Virus record (IMG/VR): IMGVR_UViG_3300044259_000063
Coordinates: 1-50,758 of that record
DNA length: 50,758 bases
Origin: a virus
Lineage: Duplodnaviria > Caudoviricetes
Strand: one strand, 5' to 3'
Shown: in pieces, positions 44,623 through 50,758 of the stretch
Numbering within the stretch: the stretch's first letter is position 1
Layout of the letters: every line of letters starts with the position of its first letter
Position numbers and translations under genes: made by a program
Notes under the pieces: model-generated
Told to the model about the DNA's origin: nothing
The model's database searches: none
Seen by the model: only the letters and a program-made list of their open reading frames with translations

Positions 44623-45837
44623 TTACTCCTGTGTCATGCGACCCATCAGGTCGTCGTAGAGGGCCGACAGGCGCTCGTTCTCGGCGGTGTCGGTGATGCC
44701 GTTGATCAGATCGGCGGCGGCGTTCAGGCTGTCGATGTCCTGGGCGTCGCGCAGGTGCTGCTCGATCACGGCGGGCGTGGGGCCGTCAATGACGCTCTCC
44801 TTCGGCAGCTCGACCTCACGGATCCGCTTCTTCTGGACCTCACTCAGCTGGTGTTTGCTGCTGGCCATGGTGATGACCTGGTCGGCGGTCTTCTTCCCGC
44901 CCTGGATCAGCGCCACCCACTTCGGGAAACTCAGTTCGAACTCATCCTCGGGGTAGACGAGTGGCATCGGCTTGACCTCGCCGGTGTTCGGATCAATGGT
45001 GCCGGTGCTGCGCGGCACAGCCTGCTGACCCGAAAACACCGTGTTCCCGGAGGGATCCTGGACGAACACGTCCTGAACCTCCTCGGTGGTGGGCAGGCCC
45101 ATCAGCAGCTCGGGCGCGTAGATCCGGCCAAAGAAGGCAGCGCTGCGGTAGCGCAGCATCAAATCGGGCATGGATCGCCACTTGCTGCCGTTCTTCCCGT
45201 ACCAGCCCTCGTTGACGGCCATCTCCATGGTGACCGGGGCCGATTCCAGGATGGGGACACCGTAATGCCTGCAGCACCCGTAGATCCCGCCGTGTTCCTT
45301 CAGGTCGGCCTGGCTGAATTGGGGAATTGAGGTGCCACGTTCGACCGTCCAGGCCACGCAGCGCGCATTGCGCAGTTGCACCTTGTGCTTTCGCTCGACC
45401 TTCTTGCGGTCCTCCCACTCGTAGGTCGAATAGGTGGCGTCGATCTGGTCCAGCCACTCCAGATTGAAGCGGAGCGGAGAAAAGCGGCCGCACGAATTGA
45501 TGGCGGCGATGATGAACTGGCTGCTCCAGCTCGGGCGCCCTTCGATGATGTGCAGGTTCTGCATCACCATCAGTGGGTTGGCCTGCAACCGCTGAGCCAT
45601 GTCCAGGGCAATCATGCAGTTCGGCACGGCCGCCGGATTGGGCTCAATAGTTGCCCGTTCACCATAGCCCTTGGTCACCATGGCCTGATAGGCCGCCGGC
45701 ACCATCGTGCTGCTGGAAAAGGCCTTGGCGCTGCGCTGGAGGAACTCGAAACTCGCGAGATCTCCGAAGCCCATGGTCACAGGCGACTGAAGTGCGCCCA
45801 GGTCTGTTGCGCCCCGAGGGGCAAGTTCTGCTGACAT
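44623..45837 (-). CDS. Putative single-strand annealing recombinase (RecT-like)
   Basis: NCMIALDMA...PLMVMQNL..IEGRPSWSS, SKW..MPDLMLRYRSAAFFGR.YAPE.LMG; adjacent to YqaJ. Confidence 0.8.
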   Translation of the reverse strand: MSAELAPRGATDLGALQSPVTMGFGDLASFEFLQRSAKAFSSSTMVPAAYQAMVTKGYGERATIEPNPAAVPNCMIALDMAQRLQANPLMVMQNLHIIEGRPSWSSQFIIAAINSCGRFSPLRFNLEWLDQIDATYSTYEWEDRKKVERKHKVQLRNARCVAWTVERGTSIPQFSQADLKEHGGIYGCCRHYGVPILESAPVTMEMAVNEGWYGKNGSKWRSMPDLMLRYRSAAFFGRIYAPELLMGLPTTEEVQDVFVQDPSGNTVFSGQQAVPRSTGTIDPNTGEVKPMPLVYPEDEFELSFPKWVALIQGGKKTADQVITMASSKHQLSEVQKKRIREVELPKESVIDGPTPAVIEQHLRDAQDIDSLNAAADLINGITDTAENERLSALYDDLMGRMTQE

Positions 45838-45857
45838 TTAAGGTCTCCAAAAACAAC

Positions 45858-45968
45858 TCAGCCGGCGAAGTAGCCGGCTGCGAAACAAAGTGCAAAGAAG
45901 AGGGCGAGACCGATGAGCGGCCATTTCGCCGTCTGGATCAGGTCATCAAGAAAGGTGTCGTCATCCAT
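45858..45968 (-). CDS. 36-aa membrane peptide (not on the ORF track)
   Basis: MDDDTFLDDLIQTAKWPLIGLALFFALCFAAGYFAG. Confidence 0.5.
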   Translation of the reverse strand: MDDDTFLDDLIQTAKWPLIGLALFFALCFAAGYFAG

Positions 45969-46131
45969 AGCGCACCCACAAAAGAAAAAGCGCCCAAATG
46001 AGGGCGCTGAAGAGGTAGACGCGGACGGGCCAGCGGTTCGGCTTATTCGGTGGATCTGGCTCTGGGATCTCGCAGGCTTGTCGGCTCGGGCAGTTCTTGC
46101 CCTGGTTGCAGTTCTTGTTGCAGCAGGTCAT
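45961..46131 (-). CDS. Small Cys-rich membrane protein
   Basis: MTCCNKNCNQGKNCP plus C-terminal TM. Confidence 0.65.
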   Translation of the reverse strand: MTCCNKNCNQGKNCPSRQACEIPEPDPPNKPNRWPVRVYLFSALIWALFLLWVRYG

Positions 46132-46253
46132 TGGCGCTCCGGAGTCATCATGAATGCGATTAGTGCCGCGAAAACGATCAAGGCCGCAACAGCCACAAAT
46201 ACCGAAACTGCGATGTTCTGCAGGTGCTGGGCCTGGGAGTAGCGGCGGGTCAT
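46128..46253 (-). CDS. Small membrane peptide
   Basis: ATGA coupling at both ends; single TM. Confidence 0.55.
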   Translation of the reverse strand: MTRRYSQAQHLQNIAVSVFVAVAALIVFAALIAFMMTPERQ

Positions 46254-46558
46254 CGAACAGCCCCAGGCTGACCGGCAAGGCCACAAAATCCACGGGTCAC
46301 CGGGTGACGGGCACCGGCACTGTTTCTTTGACCTCCGGGAATCCACCGCCACATGGCGCATTGGTCGGCGACGCATCGGCAGGAGGTGGGCACACGCGTG
46401 CCGCCCATGGCGTCAGTGTTGCAGCCGGCGATGGGTACGCTGGCGACTTCACTCTGCTTGTGGCTACCATCGGGCTGTATGACATCGACCGGCTCACGGC
46501 GTGTAATGCGGACCATCGGGCACCAAAGTTCGCGTGCTTGTTCGGGGGTATGGCTCAT
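46250..46558 (-). CDS. Cys-rich hypothetical protein
   Basis: WCPMVR...CVADQCAMWRW...GFCGLAG. Confidence 0.75.
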   Translation of the reverse strand: MSHTPEQARELWCPMVRITRREPVDVIQPDGSHKQSEVASVPIAGCNTDAMGGTRVPTSCRCVADQCAMWRWIPGGQRNSAGARHPVTRGFCGLAGQPGAVR

Positions 46559-46896
46559 TTCACACCCCCATCCGCCAGCATCAGCCGGCCACTGGGCGCA
46601 GGCAGCCCGCGCTGCACGCAGTGCAAAGACTCGTCCTTGCCCTGCCAGGTTGCCCGGTAGCTAGGCCCATGGGTTCGGAGGCAGATCGTGTCGCCGGCGA
46701 GCTGAACGCGCTGGTTGAACATGTGATCGGCCTCGACCTGGCGGCCGGCCGCATCGGTGTCCTCGACCGCCTGGGCGGTGCGCTCAATGGTCTCGATGTC
46801 GCTGCCGCCTGACTCGCGGGCGGCCTGGGCAGAGATGGCCAGGAATAGGGCGATGACTGCGGCGATCCACAGCTGGTTTTTGGTGCTGGGTTTCAT
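46555..46896 (-). CDS. Exported or membrane-anchored hypothetical protein
   Basis: Signal-like MKPSTKNQLWIAAVIALFLAISAQA; GGAGG RBS. Confidence 0.65.
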   Translation of the reverse strand: MKPSTKNQLWIAAVIALFLAISAQAARESGGSDIETIERTAQAVEDTDAAGRQVEADHMFNQRVQLAGDTICLRTHGPSYRATWQGKDESLHCVQRGLPAPSGRLMLADGGVK

Positions 46897-47117
46897 GACT
46901 GGCCTCCCTCGGGTTTGACCCAAATGATGTTTTTTCGGTCGGGGCGATGTTTGGCAGTGCAATCCCCAGGCGGCCCCCAAGGAACTTCGCACCATTTCTC
47001 GGGGTCAGCCGGGGCCAAGTCGCAGCCCGCACACGAGCCACGCGGCGCTGGGTCCGCTTTGGCTTGGTACGTGACACCCTTGTGCGTGTATGCCGCCGGG
47101 TTGAACTCGGTGCTCAT
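46893..47117 (-). CDS. Cys-rich hypothetical protein
   Basis: CAGCD...C...C....RPDRKNIIWVK. Confidence 0.65.
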   Translation of the reverse strand: MSTEFNPAAYTHKGVTYQAKADPAPRGSCAGCDLAPADPEKWCEVPWGPPGDCTAKHRPDRKNIIWVKPEGGQS

Positions 47118-47371
47118 TCCGCACCTGCCTTCCGTGCGCGCAGAATTTCGTCAGCCACCCGAAGCGAGGTGCTACCCAACCAAACGAACTCCTCGTCGGT
47201 GATGGGATTGCGCTTGGCGTTCAGTATCAAACCGACCAACGCTTGCCCCGCGAAGTAATCCCGCAAGCTCATGCCGGATGCAAGACGTTTCATCACGTCC
47301 TCATGCCCCGGCTGGAGCAAAAACGGATCAGGCACTGGATAGGCCGGGCCGCCGTCTTCAATCGTGCTCAT
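47114..47371 (-). CDS. Conserved phage hypothetical protein
   Basis: DGGPAYP...GMSLRDYFAGQAL...ADEILRAR. Confidence 0.8.
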   Translation of the reverse strand: MSTIEDGGPAYPVPDPFLLQPGHEDVMKRLASGMSLRDYFAGQALVGLILNAKRNPITDEEFVWLGSTSLRVADEILRARKAGAE

Positions 47372-47383
47372 GTCTCTCTCCTA

Positions 47384-47803
47384 TCAAAAAGGAATCACGG
47401 CACCGCAGCGCCTGCATTTCTCGCCGAACGCATGGCCAGGCCAGGGGCCCCAGTCGCAGGTCTCGCAGGTCTCGGGCAGCATCAGCTCGGCGTGTTCAGT
47501 CGGCACTGCATGCGCATCCGCCTCACGCTGTAGCACCTGCATTTCCAGCGTTCCGACAACTGGGGTGATCTCAATCGGCCCAGCCCAGACCTCACGGACG
47601 ATCCACCGCGCCCGCTGGCCGGGCTGCTCGATCTGGCCGTAGCCGTTGCGCTCTTCGCGCTGGCCTGGCTGCAGCTCCAGCCGAAGGGTCAGTTCAGGCC
47701 CGTAGAACCGGGTCACGAAATCGACCATGCCCAGAGGAAGGGGAGGGCGCCCACGGATTGGGGCGGGCGGCGCCAGGGGCGCCGGCTTCAGGACTGCGCT
47801 CAT
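47384..47803 (-). CDS. Hypothetical protein with C-terminal Zn finger
   Basis: CETC...CRRC; GGAG RBS. Confidence 0.65.
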   Translation of the reverse strand: MSAVLKPAPLAPPAPIRGRPPLPLGMVDFVTRFYGPELTLRLELQPGQREERNGYGQIEQPGQRARWIVREVWAGPIEITPVVGTLEMQVLQREADAHAVPTEHAELMLPETCETCDWGPWPGHAFGEKCRRCGAVIPF

Positions 47804-47814
47804 GTGGGCTCCAG

Positions 47815-47841
47815 AAAAGAGAAAGCCCGCTGGTGCGGGCT
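47815..47841 (-). terminator. Intrinsic terminator
   Basis: AGCCCGC/GCGGGCT with U-rich tract on - strand. Confidence 0.65.
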
Positions 47842-47848
47842 GGGTGGG

Positions 47849-48298
47849 TTAGGCGCTGGCTAATTGCTGAAGGGCGATTTCCTGCAGTTTTCGCAGCGTG
47901 AGGGGGTTGCTTGCCTGAATGCCCTGCGGCGTTCCGGTGTTCGATGTGACATTGCCATCGACCACCAACAGTTCGCCGGTGTCGCCCACCGATTCGCCTT
48001 GCCACTTGAAAGACCCAGCGGCCTCAATGCCCCATGAGGCAAGAGCCGCGACGATCCATTTCAGCCATTGCTCATAGTCGTAGAACTTTTCGTTCTCATC
48101 CCAGACGATGCGCTGCAGTGATGTGTCTGGCACCCACTGCATGTAGCCCTTGGGCGGCGCCGGATCGGTGATGGCTGCAAGGCTAGATTGCTCAATCGTC
48201 GTGTCCTCTTCGGCTATCTCAAGCAGTGTCTTGGCCTCGGCCATCGTCAGCTTGCGGGAAAGAGTCAGGTGTCCGGTGAATTTGGTGGTGTAGCCCAT
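47849..48298 (-). CDS. Conserved phage hypothetical protein
   Basis: MGYTTKFTG...QWVP...WDENEKFYDYEQWL...WQGE. Confidence 0.8.
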   Translation of the reverse strand: MGYTTKFTGHLTLSRKLTMAEAKTLLEIAEEDTTIEQSSLAAITDPAPPKGYMQWVPDTSLQRIVWDENEKFYDYEQWLKWIVAALASWGIEAAGSFKWQGESVGDTGELLVVDGNVTSNTGTPQGIQASNPLTLRKLQEIALQQLASA

Positions 48299-48307
48299 AC
48301 GGCCTCC

Positions 48308-48332
48308 AAAAAAAACGCCCTCATGAGAGGGC
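48308..48332 (-). terminator. Intrinsic terminator
   Basis: GCCCTC/GAGGGC with U8 on - strand. Confidence 0.7.
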
Positions 48333-48353
48333 TGTGTTGTGGGTGGGGTGGGG

Positions 48354-49397
48354 TTAGTCGGGCTGCGGGGCGGCGGCGAGCATGGCGTCAATAGCGGCAT
48401 CCGTCGCACCTTTCCCGCGAATAGTTATGCCTTCGGCTATGTCCCCGACGCGGCGCCGAACCTCCCGCGATGCGTGGTCCGCGGTCAGCAATCGGTATCG
48501 AGCGGCATCCTGTGTAACCTCGCGCATGTATTTTTCGGCGGCAACGTAAGCAGCCCGGAACTTGTGGCCTCCAATGTCTTGTGGCTCTGAATACACCTCC
48601 GGCACGGCTGGCCGTGTCAGCGGATGGGTGGCATTTGTCTGAGCATGCCGAAGTTTTGAGGCATACAAGTCATTTACCGCCTCTAACCGTTTGACCGCAG
48701 CAGTCAGTCGAATAAGTTCCAGTCCGGCCTTATCCGACCAAGCCGCCAATGTCCAGCCAGGAGGGCAATTCTCGGCCTGCAATTCATTTACCAACAGTTT
48801 TGCTTGATCCGTGCGATAGCTTTTGAATGCTGCATGCTCTGAAATCTCAGTCGGCATCTGAGGTTCATCCGTGAGACTCAAAATGCTTTGTGTCTCAGAT
48901 TCGCCTGAAAGTGGGAGACAAGGCCGCGTGAAAAGCACTTCCTGATCAGCCAGTGGCACCGGGGCGTCGTGGCGGGTGTAGGTCTCCGAGCCTTCATGCA
49001 CTTCGCCGGTGGCAATGAGGTAGATGGGCTTGGCGTACTTGGTCATCGCCTCCACCTGTGCCTTTGCTGCGGCCAGCTCGGCCCGGAGTGCGATGCATTC
49101 GTCAACCCTGCGCGCAACATCCGCACATGAATCAGACCAATAGGCTGGGGCCATCTCTCGGGCCAATGAAGCAGATTCTGGCGTGTCTGCCATAGCAACC
49201 ACACCGCAAGCGGTTAAGCGCATTTGCTCAGTCCCGATCCGCAAGGAAAGGGTTTCGCATTGGGTGCGCAAAGCATCACGCTCGACCTCAACAGCAGCGA
49301 GGCGGCGGAGTTCAACCGCAATCTCATTTCCCAGCGAACCCATCACGCCATCAATGACATCGGCCAGCTCTACGGCCTTTGGGATTTGTTCACTCAT
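48354..49397 (-). CDS. Mosaic coiled-coil protein (Ea22-like early-left type)
   Basis: AVELRRL, MRLTACGVVAMADT, DAARYR, DAAIDAML, AAAPQP modules. Confidence 0.7.
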   Translation of the reverse strand: MSEQIPKAVELADVIDGVMGSLGNEIAVELRRLAAVEVERDALRTQCETLSLRIGTEQMRLTACGVVAMADTPESASLAREMAPAYWSDSCADVARRVDECIALRAELAAAKAQVEAMTKYAKPIYLIATGEVHEGSETYTRHDAPVPLADQEVLFTRPCLPLSGESETQSILSLTDEPQMPTEISEHAAFKSYRTDQAKLLVNELQAENCPPGWTLAAWSDKAGLELIRLTAAVKRLEAVNDLYASKLRHAQTNATHPLTRPAVPEVYSEPQDIGGHKFRAAYVAAEKYMREVTQDAARYRLLTADHASREVRRRVGDIAEGITIRGKGATDAAIDAMLAAAPQPD

Positions 49398-49413
49398 CTG
49401 TCTTGCTCCCATG

Positions 49414-49436
49414 AAAAAAGCCACCCGTAGGTGGCT
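49414..49436 (-). terminator. Intrinsic terminator
   Basis: AGCCACC-TACG-GGTGGCT with U-tract on - strand. Confidence 0.7.
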
Positions 49437-49446
49437 GGTTGTAAAA

Positions 49447-49562
49447 AGGTGGGGCGGCATGTGTGGAAGACATGGGAAACGCTGCCGTTGGGATGTATGT
49501 AGATGGTATCGAGGGATGAACAACCCCGCCCAACGCACTGCGACCGCCGTTGCCGCCCCGTA
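49447..49562 (-). ncRNA. Putative structured RNA, scaffold copy B
   Basis: GGGGCGG/CCGCCCC stem plus ACC; CATGT-7nt-ACATG arm; CGTTGGG/CCCAACG inner stem. Confidence 0.5.
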
Positions 49563-49567
49563 ATCCT

Positions 49568-49754
49568 GAGTGCTTTGAGAGATGCGGGCCGGTGGTAGAT
49601 CCGGCTTGACGTTCGGTACACGGTACGCATGGACGAATCCATGCACCTGCTATTGCCACACAAGCGGGACTCTCACCCCTAGCGCTGGGTTTTCCCCAGA
49701 CCCCCGTGCCACGCGCCCATCACCACTGGGCATTCCGCATCTCTCAAAACACTT
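49568..49754 (-). ncRNA. tRNA/C4-like RNA with multi-hairpin insertion
   Basis: 19-bp closing stem (G-U wobble only on - strand), D-like GCCCA-GTGGTGA-TGGGC, T-like GCCGG-ATCTACCA-CCGGC. Confidence 0.6.
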
Positions 49755-49830
49755 CAAACCTCAGCGCACTCACTGAATGGGCTGGGGTTTGCGCCCTCCG
49801 GGGAGGGCTGGCCCCGTAGGGCCATGTGGT

Positions 49831-49953
49831 TTATTCGCTCAACCACGCTTTCCAGCGCTTGAGCATTGCTTCGTAGGTGTTGAAGGTCTTCCCACACCAG
49901 AAGCCCCCGGCAAACATGGCCAGGGTGAACAGCAACAGGATGAAATCAACCAT
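49831..49953 (-). CDS. 40-aa membrane peptide (not on the ORF track)
   Basis: MVDFILLLFTLAMFAGGFWCGKTFNTYEAMLKRWKAWLSE, 5 nt after the vWA stop. Confidence 0.55.
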   Translation of the reverse strand: MVDFILLLFTLAMFAGGFWCGKTFNTYEAMLKRWKAWLSE

Positions 49954-49958
49954 GGCGA

Positions 49959-50564
49959 TCAGTCGTCAATTGCGGCGGCGATCAGTTCGGCAGTCGACGC
50001 AAAAGCCTCGGCTTCAGCCATAGTCTTGGCATCCACGATGTCGAACTTGGCTCCCTTCAGGTTGTCGTCCAGATTGCGCAGGTAGGCGGCTGCCTGTGCA
50101 TCGCGCCCCACCTGCACGAACAGCACGGTCAGCGCGTCGTCGGTTTCCTGCTTGTTGGCCGCGTTCACCAGCACGCGGGCGGCGGCCTGCTGATCGTCCG
50201 GCACACCATCGGTGAAGACGATGATGAAGTCCTTCTTATCGGACTTGCCGGCCAGCTTCAGTGCTTCAGTCAGGCCTTCCGCCAGCGGGGTAGAGCCACG
50301 CGGTTGACGGGTGGCGAAGATATCCTTCACCTTGTCTGTGGTCACGCCGTCGAAAGATTGCACGTTGGCGCCGCCGAACAGAACCACGCCGATGCCGTCG
50401 CTGTCCAGCTTTTCGAGGTCGCGGGTGAAAGCCGTCGCGGTTTCTTGCATGTACTCCCAACGACTCTTGCCGCCAGGCATGTCGGTTTCGCCCATCGAGC
50501 CAGAGGCGTCGATTGCGACGATGAAGTCGTATTCGGAAAGGGGTGCAGCAGTTGCAGTGGTCAT
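49959..50564 (-). CDS. Stand-alone vWA-domain protein
   Basis: MIDAS DASGS, GSTPLAEGL, IIVFTDGVP; ATG at 50564 with GGAG RBS. Confidence 0.88.
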   Translation of the reverse strand: MTTATAAPLSEYDFIVAIDASGSMGETDMPGGKSRWEYMQETATAFTRDLEKLDSDGIGVVLFGGANVQSFDGVTTDKVKDIFATRQPRGSTPLAEGLTEALKLAGKSDKKDFIIVFTDGVPDDQQAAARVLVNAANKQETDDALTVLFVQVGRDAQAAAYLRNLDDNLKGAKFDIVDAKTMAEAEAFASTAELIAAAIDD

Positions 50565-50758
50565 TGAAAAGTTCTCCAAGTGGCGCCATTGAAAGGGCTG
50601 GCGGCATTGCCCTATCTTGAAAACCTGAACCCCCTCAGTGAAGGAGCTCAGGTTTTGCCCCTCTTGCGAAGGGCTACCGGTTACGTCGATCCGGTGGTAT
50701 TGCACCCGTGTTCAAGCCCAAGCTATGACGCTCTGAGGCGACGTGAAATCTTTGGCGG

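Larger units (their letters stand above)
1..50758. mobile_element. Temperate podovirus-like phage genome (partial), unintegrated attP configuration
   Basis: Terminase-portal-scaffold-capsid-tail-ejection gene order, endolysin, tyrosine integrase next to a half-tRNA with phage genes on both sides; no host housekeeping genes. Confidence 0.95.

Noticed and set aside
48354-49646. N-terminal extension of the 430-aa ORF (also extensions at 42381-42461 and 50565-50705)
   Set aside because: The extensions cross terminators or structured non-coding DNA; internal ATGs have better RBS context
49959-50564. Ro60/Rsr partner for the tRNA-like RNAs
   Set aside because: The 201-aa protein is vWA only, with no room for a TROVE domain

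Overview
The window is most of the genome of a temperate, P22-like podovirus with a high GC content. The host is probably a beta/gamma-proteobacterium, judged from a CTGT-N8-ACAG LexA box. The + strand (1-29.7 kb) carries nin-like genes, a Q-like antiterminator with a pR'-like promoter and terminator, and a structured non-coding leader. These are followed by terS/terL, a two-gene insert with an 870-aa lyase-like protein, portal, scaffold, an N4-gp56-type capsid, tail and fibre genes, a lysis cassette and ejection proteins. At 29.7-33.3 kb there is an immI-like island (two divergent Arc-type repressors, an amber-interrupted Rha, a stand-alone metallopeptidase-like gene), an SOS-boxed gene and an attP containing the 5' half of tRNA-Arg(UCU). 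The - strand (33.3-50.7 kb) carries the integrase, an Xis-like gene, a SpoT-type HD hydrolase, a MazG-like protein, an intein-containing SNF2-helicase/DNA-methylase fusion, YqaJ/RecT-like recombination genes, many small ORFs and a vWA protein. Phage genes on both sides of a half-tRNA indicate the unintegrated (attP) form. The repressor and replication genes are not in the window. The least-explained signal is a set of non-coding, tRNA/C4-like structured elements, two of which share identical closing stems around unrelated interiors. All family calls come from motif recognition by eye; no database searches were run.
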